DNA of 64,000 nt from Escherichia coli (GTDB lineage Bacteria > Pseudomonadota > Gammaproteobacteria > Enterobacterales > Enterobacteriaceae), in the NCBI RefSeq assembly GCF_003018255.1, contig NZ_CP027440.1, one strand, 5' to 3'. Shown piece by piece: positions 27,094-36,658 of the stretch. Positions within the stretch are counted from its first letter, which is position 1. Each line of letters begins with the position of its first letter. Under the pieces are notes generated by a model. It searched no databases, was not told the DNA's origin, and saw only the letters and a list, made by a program, of their open reading frames with translations. A program made the translations under genes and the position numbers.

Positions 27094-28429
27094 CGGACAG
27101 CCTCCTGTTTTTTCGGACGACAAAGATGTAGTACGCGCTGGCGAGGGCCAGCCAGATCAGGACGGTAACCAGGGTAATGCCGCCGCCGTCGGTGAAAAAT
27201 TGCCCGGCCATGATCAGCGCAATCAGCCCCACGGTGAGTGGCTGGATGTAGCGGGCGGCCGGAGCCTTGTATTTCAGCGTTCCGTCGTGCAGGGCTATTC
27301 GGTGCAGGGTGGGCTGGCTTAAGGCAATCATCAGCCAGGTGAACAGAAAGCCGAATCCGGAAATCCCGGCGAGGATGACATACGCATCTGGCGAGAGAAT
27401 GGCGATGATGACGCCGGTAAACAGCACCAGGCTGCTGGCAAGAATGGCGTTATCCGGTGTTTTATGTGCCGGGTGCAGGCGGGCAAACCAGGCCGGGAAA
27501 TAGCCGTCAGACGCCATGGCGTGCAGCATCCGCGAGGTGGCGTAAACCCCGGTATCGATGCAGGAGAGCGCGGCGGTCAGCACCACAAAGTTCATGATAT
27601 GCCGCGCCATATGGCCACCGAGAATGCCGGAAGCTTCGACATACGGGCTGCTGCTGACACCTGCCTGCTGCCAGGGGAGAACGAGCAGCAGAACGGTCAA
27701 TGAGCCGACATACAGCAACAGGATCCGCACCACGGTGCCACGCAGCGTACGAGGAATATCACGCTGTGGGTTCTCGCTTTCACCCGCGGCGGTGCCGATG
27801 GCCTCTGTCCCGCCGAAAGAGAAAATCACCATTAACATCGCGCCGAGAAATCCGGGCAGCCCGCCAGCAAAAAAGCTGCCGCTGTCGGTCGGATGACTGA
27901 TGCTGGCGGGTGAGGCGTTATCCAGTCCCAGGCTGTAGCAGCCCGCGACGATAAAGGCCAGCAGCGCCACGACTTTCACCAGGCTCAGCCAGAACTCCAC
28001 TTCACCGAAAAAATGAACGCCGACCATGTTGATGGCAGTCAGCGACGAAGCGATCACCAGGCAAAACAGCCAGACGGGGACTCCGGGAAACCACAGGTTC
28101 AGGAAGGTGCCTGCAGCGATGGCCTCCGACGCCGGGCCAATCAGGAAGGCCAGCCAGTAGGTCCACCCGGTGATAAAGCCACACCATGGGCCAAAGGCGG
28201 TGCGGGCATAGGATTCAAAGGAACCGGAGACGGGCCTGGCGACCGCCATTTCGGCAAGCAACAGCATAATGAACAGGGTGATGACACCGCCGATAAGGTA
28301 GGCCAGCACCACCGACGGCCCGGTACGGGCAATGGCCGCGCCTGCGCCGAGGAAAAATCCGGCACCAATCACGCCTCCCACGGAAATCATCGTCAGGTGA
28401 CGGGCTTTCAGACTTCTGTTGAGTTCCAT
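27071..28429 (-). CDS. APC-family amino-acid permease
   Basis: MELNRSLKARHLTMISVGGVIGAGFFLG signature and about 12 hydrophobic spans. Confidence 0.85.
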   Translation of the reverse strand: MELNRSLKARHLTMISVGGVIGAGFFLGAGAAIARTGPSVVLAYLIGGVITLFIMLLLAEMAVARPVSGSFESYARTAFGPWCGFITGWTYWLAFLIGPASEAIAAGTFLNLWFPGVPVWLFCLVIASSLTAINMVGVHFFGEVEFWLSLVKVVALLAFIVAGCYSLGLDNASPASISHPTDSGSFFAGGLPGFLGAMLMVIFSFGGTEAIGTAAGESENPQRDIPRTLRGTVVRILLLYVGSLTVLLLVLPWQQAGVSSSPYVEASGILGGHMARHIMNFVVLTAALSCIDTGVYATSRMLHAMASDGYFPAWFARLHPAHKTPDNAILASSLVLFTGVIIAILSPDAYVILAGISGFGFLFTWLMIALSQPTLHRIALHDGTLKYKAPAARYIQPLTVGLIALIMAGQFFTDGGGITLVTVLIWLALASAYYIFVVRKNRRLSDEKSHAQ

Positions 28430-28472
28430 AATGTCTTCTCTTTTGTTGTTGTGGATGGATTCAAGGCAGCGC

Positions 28473-28847
28473 TTATGGCCGTCCCTCCTCAATCAGCAGT
28501 TCACCGTACAGGTCGTGAAGTTTAGGGATTGGGCCGGAGAGATGAACGGCTCCCGAATGGCAGGCATTCAGGCTGCCGTTAAACACCATGGTCAGGTGGC
28601 CAAGTTCAAACAAAGACTGCTGTGCCTCTTTACCCACGGCGGTCACCAGGTAGTCATGGCTCGCCAGCAGCAGCCGATCGCCGGGCAGGATCAGCAGGTC
28701 GTCTTCGCGGAATGAGGGTTCCAGCGACAGGGAATAGTCCAGGCAGTCTTTCGGTCCGTTGCTGTCAAAGGTGATAAGCGTCCTGTCTGCCAGTCCGTCG
28801 GCGACAAACAGCCCGATAGCAACGATGCGTGCGCAGTAGGTCATCAT
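28473..28847 (-). CDS. PTS glucitol/sorbitol IIA (SrlB)-like domain protein
   Basis: 124 aa. LITF..G....L......YLVTAVGKEAQQSLFELGHLTMVFNG....H.GAVHLSGPIP parallels E. coli SrlB (..YPVTAVGSVAEDNLRELGHVTLRFDG..GTVHVAGPVP). Confidence 0.6.
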   Translation of the reverse strand: MMTYCARIVAIGLFVADGLADRTLITFDSNGPKDCLDYSLSLEPSFREDDLLILPGDRLLLASHDYLVTAVGKEAQQSLFELGHLTMVFNGSLNACHSGAVHLSGPIPKLHDLYGELLIEEGRP

Positions 28848-29065
28848 GGCTCGTTCTCCCGTTTGTCGGGCATGAGAGTACGGCCTGGTGTAGGTGAGCA
28901 GGCATGTAGCCTGAATAGGTGAATAAAGCCTTCAGTCCGGGAGGCCGGGTGAAGGTGGCCTCCGGTTGTAAGAGCGATGGAGCAAGGGTGTGGTTCGGTG
29001 TGCATAAACAACTCTCCTGTCAGGTGTCGTTGATTAATGCGTCCTGCCACTCACAGCGCGGGTCG

Positions 29066-29341
29066 TTATGTCCCGGAGTTTTCTGTTGTTGTCATGAGGT
29101 GAAGCGGTTTACGGGGTTCACGTTTATTTCCCGTATTGAGGTAACGTTCCGGCCAGATTTCTGACGGATGCTTTCCCAGCGCAATGGCAATCAGCCACTC
29201 ACCTTTCGGCCACGGTCGGTTCAGGGCATTCGCCAGCGTTGACGAGGCCAGTCCCGCTTCCCGCGAGAGTTTCGCCAGACTGGTGCCGCGCTTGTGTAAG
29301 GCGGCAATGATATCGGCGGGGTGCCAGTCTTTTTTAGTCAT
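29066..29341 (-). CDS. Ner/SfsB (Nlp)-like DNA-binding protein
   Basis: DWHPADIIAALHKRGTSLAKLSREAGLASSTLANALNRPWPKGEWLIAIALG closely matches the SfsB/Ner pattern. Confidence 0.8.
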   Translation of the reverse strand: MTKKDWHPADIIAALHKRGTSLAKLSREAGLASSTLANALNRPWPKGEWLIAIALGKHPSEIWPERYLNTGNKREPRKPLHLMTTTENSGT

Positions 29342-29359
29342 TCCGTTTACCTCTATTGT

Positions 29360-29422
29360 TGACTATGAGTCACGAATGTATGCTAGCACGCTTTTTATGT
29401 GACTCATAGTCCGTGGACTGAT
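29360..29422. promoter_or_regulatory. Divergent-promoter operator: 13-bp perfect inverted repeat plus a 25-nt box
   Basis: GACTATGAGTCAC (29360-29372) and GTGACTCATAGTC (29398-29410). The box GTGACTCATAGTCCGTGGACTGATA runs 29398-29422. Confidence 0.6.
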
Positions 29423-29448
29423 AATCAACGAAGATTGATGCTGGCTAG

Positions 29449-29712
29449 ATGGAAAAGACGGGATCAATCAAAAAGGTACTGGGTAAAAGAATCAGGGCTC
29501 TACGCCGTGAGATGGACCTATCCCAGGAAGCTTTAGCCGACAAATGCGGTATCGATCGCACCTATATGAGTGGAATTGAGCGAGGAGTAAGGAACCCCAC
29601 GCTTGTTGTCATTTGTGCAATCTCGGACGGTCTGGGGATGGATCTTAGCCATTTATTTATGTTTGACGATGGCGCAGAAAAGGACGCCGAATCAACGAAG
29701 TGTGACTCATAG
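29449..29712 (+). CDS. XRE-family HTH regulator, tandem paralogue 1
   Basis: 87 aa. LSQEALADKCGIDRTYMSGIERGVRNPTL. Confidence 0.8.
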   Translation: MEKTGSIKKVLGKRIRALRREMDLSQEALADKCGIDRTYMSGIERGVRNPTLVVICAISDGLGMDLSHLFMFDDGAEKDAESTKCDS

Positions 29713-29725
29713 TCCGTGGTCTGAT
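29701..29725 (+). promoter_or_regulatory. Second copy of the 25-nt box
   Basis: GTGACTCATAGTCCGTGGTCTGATA, 24/25 identical to 29398-29422. Overlaps the end of paralogue 1 and lies upstream of paralogue 2. Confidence 0.6.
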
Positions 29726-29751
29726 AGACAACGTAAGTTCATTTTATCTGG

Positions 29752-29976
29752 ATGAAAAATACATCCAGTATTCAGGCGCAGTTTGGCGCACATCTCAAAA
29801 AACTCAGACTCCAGTCGGGCCTGTCTCAGGAAGCATTCGCGGATAAGTGTGGTCTCGATCGTACTTATGTGAGCGGTATTGAGCGGGGAGTAAGGAATCC
29901 AACCCTTGAGGTGATAAGTGTTTTAGGAAAAGGGTTGGACATGGACATCAAAGAATTATTCAACTTTGAAAGATAG
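29752..29976 (+). CDS. XRE-family HTH regulator, tandem paralogue 2
   Basis: 74 aa. LSQEAFADKCGLDRTYVSGIERGVRNPTL. Confidence 0.8.
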   Translation: MKNTSSIQAQFGAHLKKLRLQSGLSQEAFADKCGLDRTYVSGIERGVRNPTLEVISVLGKGLDMDIKELFNFER

Positions 29977-29978
29977 GT

Positions 29979-30923
29979 TTATCTATTAGTAGCAACTCTA
30001 TCCGCAGCAGTACGGGTAACTTGATTTCCAACATCCCAGCCGTTTTCATCTGGGAGTGACATCCCATCCATTGGCATTAGGATAAAACCACCAATAGTTG
30101 GTCCAAATGACTCAGTAGTGTTAATTCCTGCATAGCTTGTTCTGATAATATTTTCATTCAAATTGGTCAAAAATGATATTCGAGTACCAAGTGGGTGCGC
30201 GGTTACCATTTGGATGTATCCACCAATAGTATTGACTGTTTCTTGGTTAATCCAATTATTCAAAGCAATAAACGGGGTACGCCACCAATTTATTGTGTTA
30301 GGAGTAAATTGTTGCCTGGTATTCTCTATAAACTCATTAAGTTCATGCAAGTTATCACCTAATAAAACAGGTCTGCCTGTTGATAAATTTTGAATATCTT
30401 CAATCTGGAGGTTGGCTGGGTGCTCAATAGAGTTATTGAGTTTTATAATTTTGTAGGTTTGTGTTCTCCAGCAAAAACCAAAAATTATCATCTGTATTCT
30501 TACTGCTTGGGGAAAGGATTGGCCGATATCAGACATATATTGCTCGGCAATATTTTTTGCTAATGAAGCTATTTCATTAAGACTTGGGAATGCTTCGGTC
30601 GATATTTGTTGTTCTGGATTATTGTTCGCAATCTCATGAAGTCTTGCTAATGATACTGCAAGCATTTCTTTGACATTAATTCCAATCATTGTACTTCCTG
30701 CAAATCCGAAGCCAAATTCGAATATTTTTTGCGGGTGAATTCGATAAACGTCCGAAGAGCGAATAACTGATACGGGGATTGAGAATAATTTCGGACAATG
30801 GTCAGTTAGTCTGCTATTTTGCTGAGTGATTCTTGAGTCGCTGACTGCCCAAATACTATCGCTTTCCTCTCTATTAAACCAACATGCAATTGCGGTCATA
30901 AGGTTTTTCCAGTTATTTAACAT
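29979..30923 (-). CDS. Hypothetical 314-aa protein (possible Ntn-hydrolase/proteasome-like N-domain; start may be 30899)
   Basis: AT-rich ORF immediately downstream of the TraC-like gene. MTAIACW..WAVSDSRIT..PKLFSIP..FGFAGSTMIG loosely follows the proteasome-beta/HslV pattern. No firm family. Confidence 0.5.
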   Translation of the reverse strand: MLNNWKNLMTAIACWFNREESDSIWAVSDSRITQQNSRLTDHCPKLFSIPVSVIRSSDVYRIHPQKIFEFGFGFAGSTMIGINVKEMLAVSLARLHEIANNNPEQQISTEAFPSLNEIASLAKNIAEQYMSDIGQSFPQAVRIQMIIFGFCWRTQTYKIIKLNNSIEHPANLQIEDIQNLSTGRPVLLGDNLHELNEFIENTRQQFTPNTINWWRTPFIALNNWINQETVNTIGGYIQMVTAHPLGTRISFLTNLNENIIRTSYAGINTTESFGPTIGGFILMPMDGMSLPDENGWDVGNQVTRTAADRVATNR

Positions 30924-30947
30924 TAATGCGAATAGCTTAGCATATTT

Positions 30948-33590
30948 TTATTGCGAGATTACCGAGCTTAGGGTTATCGCCGCCTCCACTTCACTACACC
31001 CTGTCTCCTTCATAATCCGCATCCTATCGGCCTTTTCATGTTTCTCTGTCATCGCCAGCGCCAGATAGAGCGCTGGCGGCACCACCCGAAACAGTGCCTC
31101 TATACGCGGTGAAAGCACCACGCCCTCGGTATACTGCCCCGGTGATTTTACCGCTGAGCGCAGCAGTTGGCTCTGTTCTTCCGTAAGCGCTTTAAACCGG
31201 CAGACCTGCTCGATCTCTTCCGGCGGCATCACCAGTAGTTCCCACCATTCGATCATATTGAGCAGCTTCTTCGCCTCATCAGGAAAATCCGCCAGGTTCT
31301 GGGTGGCGAGCCACAGCCAGATACCGAGCTTGCGCCACATCTTCGAGCCTTTGGTGAGAAAGCGCGCCAATAAGGGATTAACAGTGATGATATGCGCCTC
31401 ATCGGTGATATTGACGATAGGCCTCGCCAGATGCTGGGCGCGCTCGCCGAGGTTATTGATATGGTTAATCAGCGAGATATAGCTGATGGCAAGCTGCGCT
31501 TCATAGCCTTCGCGGGCAAAGGTGGCGAGATCCACTAGGGTGATATCCGCCTCCGGCCACATCTGGCCTTCACGGTTAAACAGTTCGCCTTCAAACCCGG
31601 CGCAGAACAGGTTGATGGATTCCGCCATTTCATACGCCCTCTGGCGGCGGGCTTCCGGCAGACTGTTGTCGCGGGAAAGGGCGAACAGTGCGTCACGGAT
31701 ATCCTGGGTCAGCGTCTGTCGTTTTTCCTCGTAGCAGGTGTGCGCGGCAGCGATAATCGCCTGGCGGATCATCGCCCGATCCGGCCGGGTGAGGCGCGCA
31801 TCCTCTTTCGCTTCACCACCGGTAATCATCAACCGGGCGGTGATCTCCATTTCACCCAGCACGTCGCGCTGGTCATCGCCGTCGCTCTCTTCGTCCTCTG
31901 GCGGTTCGGCGTCGGTAACTGCCTGTTCCACCAGTCGCCACGCATCGGCGAACAGGGGCAGGGTGACGCCAGAACCGGGGCGCAGGCTGATTTTATTCAC
32001 CGTCAGGCCGTGGGCGGCGGCGTAGTCGGCCATCAGGCCAAATGAGTTTCCGGCCTCGATGATAAACAGGCGCGGACGATGTAGCGCCATCAGTTGCGCG
32101 ATTTTCGCGTTGAGGGTGGCGGATTTGCCCGCTCCGGTTGGCCCAAGAAGTAAAAGGTGTCCGTTCTGGGCACGATCCAGCTTGTTCAGCGGATCGAAGC
32201 ACAGCGGCGTGCCGCCCCGGTTGAAGTAGCTGATCCCCGGATGCCCGGTGCCGGTTTCCCGTCCGTACAGCGGCAGCAGCCCGGCGATATGCTGCACAAA
32301 GTTGAGCCGGGTATACAGCCCGCGCGGGTCGCGCAGGGGATCGAAGCACATCGGCAGCCAGCGCAGCCAGTGGCTTAAGGGGGCGACTTCGTGCTGCTCC
32401 TGCACCGGAACCAGCCCGGCGTTGAGCAGCAGGCTCTGTAGCTGACGCTGCTGGCGGAACAGGATATCGGTGTCCGGCGCGCTGAGATAAAACGCCAGCG
32501 TGCTGCGGTAGAGTTTATGGCCGTCCTTCAGGAAGCTTCGCACCTCGCTGCAGTCGCGGCGGGTGTATTCCGAATCGGTATTGTCGCCAATCGCCCGGTC
32601 GGCCAGGCGGCTGATGTGTTGCTCCAGCTTGTCCTGCGGATACACCACCACGGTCAGGTTCATGATGGTTCCGCCAGGCAGCAGGTCGACCAGGGCGTTA
32701 ATGCCGTCTCCGCGCGCGGTTTCCCCGGTCAGCAGGCCGGGCGGCGGCGCTTTGCGCAGGCGGTCAACCACCACCACTTTATGCGGGCGGTTATCCAGCC
32801 ACCAGACGCCGTTTGCCGCATCCGAACGGGGTTCACTCGCCAGCAGGCGTTCGGCGAAATCGGCCAGGACCGGCAGCGGTTCAGTTTCCGGCAGGTCAAG
32901 CTGCTGCCAGAAGGCTTTTTTGTCCTCAGCAGGCGGCGCGGGATTAAACCAGCGCACCAGCCAGCGGTGAATGTCCTGCTCATTCTGGCGGATAGCGCTG
33001 ATACCCGCCGCTTTTAGCCCGGCGGTAAGGCGTTCGCAGATATTATTCAGCGTCTCTTCCGGCGACGGTTCATCCGGTGAAAGTCCAGGAAGCCATCGGT
33101 ACACCACCATCCGCGTGCGCCGCCACGTCGCCCGCCAGCGGGTACGGGTGACGGTGTTATCGAGAAACAGTCCCTCGTCGCGGGTGAGATTCACCATATG
33201 GTTTGCCATCTGTGTGAGCCACTCGCGGGTAAAGGCGGAGTCGCGGATTTCCGGTGCGGCGTAAGAGGCAAGTGATGCCAGCCACGCCTCGCTGTCGTCC
33301 TCATCCTGACAGAAAAACTGTACCACCCACGGTGCGCGCTCATGCTCATCAAACGCATCCTGTAAGGCATCGGTGACGGTATCGCGGACCTGTTCCAGAA
33401 ACGCCGTTGAGCGGCCTTCGGTGCCAACGGGATATAGCTCAAATACGGCACCTACCGAGCGGCCATCTTCCAGCAGCAGCGTCTGCGACTCCGGCAAAAA
33501 CTCCACCCACGGCAGCCAGTCGACAAATGACGGGCCCTTGCGGTAGCTGGTATTCAGCGCCTGTTCAGTCAGGCCGCGCCGTTCATTCAT
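30948..33590 (-). CDS. Conjugative transfer ATPase (TraC/VirB4-like, PFL_4706/TIGR03744 type)
   Basis: 880 aa. Walker A LLLGPTGAGKSA and Walker B-like RLFIIEAGN / ITDEAH. ATGA overlap with the upstream lipoprotein gene. Confidence 0.85.
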   Translation of the reverse strand: MNERRGLTEQALNTSYRKGPSFVDWLPWVEFLPESQTLLLEDGRSVGAVFELYPVGTEGRSTAFLEQVRDTVTDALQDAFDEHERAPWVVQFFCQDEDDSEAWLASLASYAAPEIRDSAFTREWLTQMANHMVNLTRDEGLFLDNTVTRTRWRATWRRTRMVVYRWLPGLSPDEPSPEETLNNICERLTAGLKAAGISAIRQNEQDIHRWLVRWFNPAPPAEDKKAFWQQLDLPETEPLPVLADFAERLLASEPRSDAANGVWWLDNRPHKVVVVDRLRKAPPPGLLTGETARGDGINALVDLLPGGTIMNLTVVVYPQDKLEQHISRLADRAIGDNTDSEYTRRDCSEVRSFLKDGHKLYRSTLAFYLSAPDTDILFRQQRQLQSLLLNAGLVPVQEQHEVAPLSHWLRWLPMCFDPLRDPRGLYTRLNFVQHIAGLLPLYGRETGTGHPGISYFNRGGTPLCFDPLNKLDRAQNGHLLLLGPTGAGKSATLNAKIAQLMALHRPRLFIIEAGNSFGLMADYAAAHGLTVNKISLRPGSGVTLPLFADAWRLVEQAVTDAEPPEDEESDGDDQRDVLGEMEITARLMITGGEAKEDARLTRPDRAMIRQAIIAAAHTCYEEKRQTLTQDIRDALFALSRDNSLPEARRQRAYEMAESINLFCAGFEGELFNREGQMWPEADITLVDLATFAREGYEAQLAISYISLINHINNLGERAQHLARPIVNITDEAHIITVNPLLARFLTKGSKMWRKLGIWLWLATQNLADFPDEAKKLLNMIEWWELLVMPPEEIEQVCRFKALTEEQSQLLRSAVKSPGQYTEGVVLSPRIEALFRVVPPALYLALAMTEKHEKADRMRIMKETGCSEVEAAITLSSVISQ

Positions 33591-33946
33591 GGCGGCGTCA
33601 GGCGTTCGCCCGGCAACGCATACTGCGGACGGGTATAGAAGGGGAAAACGGTGCTGTAGCCGGGTACCGGCGTGTTGCTGTTGAGGTGCTGGAAGACGTA
33701 AAGCACCATATCCGGGTTGGGCAGGCGCGGAAACTGGCTGCGGATAGTGTCTGCCTCAGGCTGCGCCACCGGACCATCTGGCGGGCGGCGTAGCTGGGCG
33801 CGGGCATCCAGCAGAGCCGCGTTGCCGCCGCTTTGCTGCTGCCACAGCGTCAGCATGCTGGCATTGGGGTCGACAGGCATCAGTTCCTCCTGCGAGGTGC
33901 TGCATCCGGCCAGTAACAACAGAAGTATAAGGATGGTAAATTTCAT
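33587..33946 (-). CDS. ICE conjugal-transfer lipoprotein (TIGR03751-like)
   Basis: MKFTILILLLLLAGCST lipobox. 119 aa. Confidence 0.7.
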   Translation of the reverse strand: MKFTILILLLLLAGCSTSQEELMPVDPNASMLTLWQQQSGGNAALLDARAQLRRPPDGPVAQPEADTIRSQFPRLPNPDMVLYVFQHLNSNTPVPGYSTVFPFYTRPQYALPGERLTPP

Positions 33947-35238
33947 TCCAGACCTCCCGGTGTGCTGGCCTGCTGGTATTTCACCTGACGGCCTTCCGGC
34001 TCGTAGTCGATAGACAGCGCTTCGGTGAGATGCACCGCCACCTTGTGGCCCGGCGGCACGTACACGGCGTCGAACATCTGGCCGTAGTGCTGTTTCATCC
34101 AGTCGGCGGTCTCTTTCAGCCCGCCGCCAATAGCCTGGCCGAGCACGTACTGACCGTTGTTGCCCGTCACTGCGCTGGTGATGCTGCCGTCCTCGACCAC
34201 TGTGGTGCTTTCGCCATTGGCGAAGGCCTGCGCCGCCGCACCGGAACCCGCCAGCAGGAACTGCGAGGTCAGGTACTCCTTCGCATTGCTTTTACGCTCG
34301 CCGGGAATACATGGCAGCCCCTGGTTATCCGAAAGCCAGCCGATCTCCTGCTGTTTGTTGCCGGATTTGCCGCCCTGCGGGACGGTGCGGATGATGCCGT
34401 CGTGAAACACAAAGGTCATCGAGGTGATTTGCCCGCGCACACAGGAGAGCGTCCAGTCTCCCGAGGCGATGCCGGAGACCACCGCGCCCGCCACGTCCGG
34501 CAGCTCAACGCCATTGGCGGTGAGGTTGTCCTCGCCAATCAGAAGTTTAAACGGGTAGGGATCGCTGACGGTGCCGTTAAGCGGCACGCGGCCAATCAGC
34601 GCCGTCATCGCCACCGATCCGGTCAGCGTGGCGTTCTGCGGCAGGGTGTAGACCTTCACGTCAGGTTTCGGCGGTGGTTTGTCGGCCGCTTTCAGAGGGA
34701 CGCGCAGCAGCTTTTCATCCACAGGTGGAGGCGCATCCAGCGGCTCCAGCCAGCGGATATCGGGTTGAACGTCGGCAGGTAGTTCGCCGGGCGTCAGCCC
34801 CAGACCGGGCGGGATATCGTCCGGGCGCTTGGCCATCAGACGGTCGAGCTTATCCAGCAGCCCGCGCTGGCTTTTCACCAGTTCATCGCGCATCTGGTCC
34901 TGCTGGCGGCGCATGTCTTCCCGAAGCTGAGAGGCCAGCGTGGCCTGCTGTGCGTTAAGCCGTTTTTCGCGCGCCTGCTGGCTTTCGTTGTTTGTCTGGA
35001 TTGCCTGAAGTTCGCGGCGGTACTGTTTCATCTGGCCGACCAGCGTGGCGACGGTGTCGGCGGGCGTGTCGCCGTCGATGCCCAGATCGCGCAGTTCCTG
35101 CGGCGTTAAGGCCGCCACGGTGCGGGACAGGGAAGTCTCCTGCGTGTTTTTGCTGGCCGGGCGCAGCAGCAGCCATACCGTTACCAGTACGATGAGCGGC
35201 AGCAGGATTTTCAGCAGCAGGCTCTGGCGCGGCATCAT
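33943..35238 (-). CDS. ICE mating-pair protein (TIGR03752-like), N-terminal TM plus coiled coil
   Basis: 431 aa. Overlapping stop/start on both sides. Order conserved in this ICE family. Confidence 0.6.
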   Translation of the reverse strand: MMPRQSLLLKILLPLIVLVTVWLLLRPASKNTQETSLSRTVAALTPQELRDLGIDGDTPADTVATLVGQMKQYRRELQAIQTNNESQQAREKRLNAQQATLASQLREDMRRQQDQMRDELVKSQRGLLDKLDRLMAKRPDDIPPGLGLTPGELPADVQPDIRWLEPLDAPPPVDEKLLRVPLKAADKPPPKPDVKVYTLPQNATLTGSVAMTALIGRVPLNGTVSDPYPFKLLIGEDNLTANGVELPDVAGAVVSGIASGDWTLSCVRGQITSMTFVFHDGIIRTVPQGGKSGNKQQEIGWLSDNQGLPCIPGERKSNAKEYLTSQFLLAGSGAAAQAFANGESTTVVEDGSITSAVTGNNGQYVLGQAIGGGLKETADWMKQHYGQMFDAVYVPPGHKVAVHLTEALSIDYEPEGRQVKYQQASTPGGLE

Positions 35239-36002
35239 GGTTTGGGCTCCGGCAGCAGGGCGCGGGAAACCGGACCTTCCGTCACCAGGTACGCCACGGT
35301 GGTATCTTCTGCCAGACCACGCGGGCCGAGCCAGTCATGCTGGAACGCGGCAGCGGTGAACTGCCCCTGAAGCTCGCGCGGATCGAGCGTGATGCGCTGT
35401 CCGCTGTGATTTTGCAGGCGGATGGCGGTGACGGTGGTGGCGTTGACCTGCCATGACGCCAGCGGGGTGGCGGTAACCGGCTGCTGCGGCAGTAAAGTGG
35501 TGATGCGTTTCGCCAGCCGGACGGGCGCAGGTGTGACGCCGGGCAGGGCTTCGACGGTGCGCAGCGGCGCATACAGATTTTGCGCGGCGTAGCGCACCAG
35601 CAAGACGGGCAGAGGTTCTGTTGATGCTGTCACCGGGACGGATGTTTTTGCTGTGGCAGGCGTCTGCGGCGTATAGCTAATTTGCATTGGTTCAAGTGTC
35701 GAAGTGCCCTGGGTGGCATGAATATCCAGCAGGATCAGCTCACCGTTGCCGGTATCACGTAACTGGATGCGGGTGGCCGGGAACGCCGTGTTCGCCAGCA
35801 GGAAGACCTTGCCGCCTGCGCTTTGCAGACGCACTTTGCCTTCCAGCGTGGCGGGATAGCCAATGCGCACCGGTTTACCCACGTCAACAATTCGCTCCTG
35901 CCCGACATGCAGCGTGACGGGCAGCGGGATGTTTTCCCACTGCACCACTTCCGTGGCGAAGGCGGGGAAACTGAACAATAAAGTAAAGAGGACTGGCTTC
36001 AT
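35235..36002 (-). CDS. ICE mating-pair protein (TIGR03749-like), secreted
   Basis: Preferred start MKPVLFTLLFSFPAFA (signal peptide) at 36002, in an ATGA overlap with the upstream stop. Confidence 0.6.
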   Translation of the reverse strand: MKPVLFTLLFSFPAFATEVVQWENIPLPVTLHVGQERIVDVGKPVRIGYPATLEGKVRLQSAGGKVFLLANTAFPATRIQLRDTGNGELILLDIHATQGTSTLEPMQISYTPQTPATAKTSVPVTASTEPLPVLLVRYAAQNLYAPLRTVEALPGVTPAPVRLAKRITTLLPQQPVTATPLASWQVNATTVTAIRLQNHSGQRITLDPRELQGQFTAAAFQHDWLGPRGLAEDTTVAYLVTEGPVSRALLPEPKP

Positions 36003-36658
36003 GGTTTCTCCTCCGCCACCAGACGCTGCGGCGCGGCATCGGTACAGTCGATCGCCAGTCCCCACGGATTTTTCTCCGCATCGATGGCGTAGCGCACCAC
36101 CTGCAACGGGTAGCGCACCAGCGCTTTTTTCACCGGCTCGTTCTGGTAGTACTCTTCCACCGCCACATCCAGCGTTACCCGCCATGAATCCCGGCTCAGC
36201 GCCTCCACGCGCGGGAAGGGGCGCTTCTCGCCCTCATGCACCAGGCTGCTGTAGCCGTGGCCGGGCAGTTCATAGACGCCGCGCGTGCGGTCGCGCAGTT
36301 CACCGCCGTTGCGACGCACCTGAAAATCGTGCTCCAGCCGGGTGTAACAGGCGGGCGTCAGGTAGGCACGCAGCGAACGAAGATTACGGGAATAGTCCTC
36401 CTCGCCGTTATCCGGCCAGCGGTTAAGCTGCTGGAAGATATAAAAGGTGAAGGCGTAGACGCTGGCGGGAGGCACTTCCCACCACGGGCGGGTGCTGCCG
36501 CTGCGCAGATCCGGCGGGAACCAGAGGGTGAGCTTTTGCGGCGCGCTGTACCAGCCGTAGCCGACGCCCGCCAGACACAGGCACAGCAGAACAATCACCG
36601 CCCGCAGCGTCAGGATATGGTTATCGCGCTCAGCCAGCGCATGGCGAAAGCGGCTCAT
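35999..36658 (-). CDS. ICE mating-pair protein (TIGR03746-like)
   Basis: Preferred start MSRFRHALAERD at 36658 (ATGA overlap). One N-terminal TM span. Confidence 0.6.
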   Translation of the reverse strand: MSRFRHALAERDNHILTLRAVIVLLCLCLAGVGYGWYSAPQKLTLWFPPDLRSGSTRPWWEVPPASVYAFTFYIFQQLNRWPDNGEEDYSRNLRSLRAYLTPACYTRLEHDFQVRRNGGELRDRTRGVYELPGHGYSSLVHEGEKRPFPRVEALSRDSWRVTLDVAVEEYYQNEPVKKALVRYPLQVVRYAIDAEKNPWGLAIDCTDAAPQRLVAEEKP

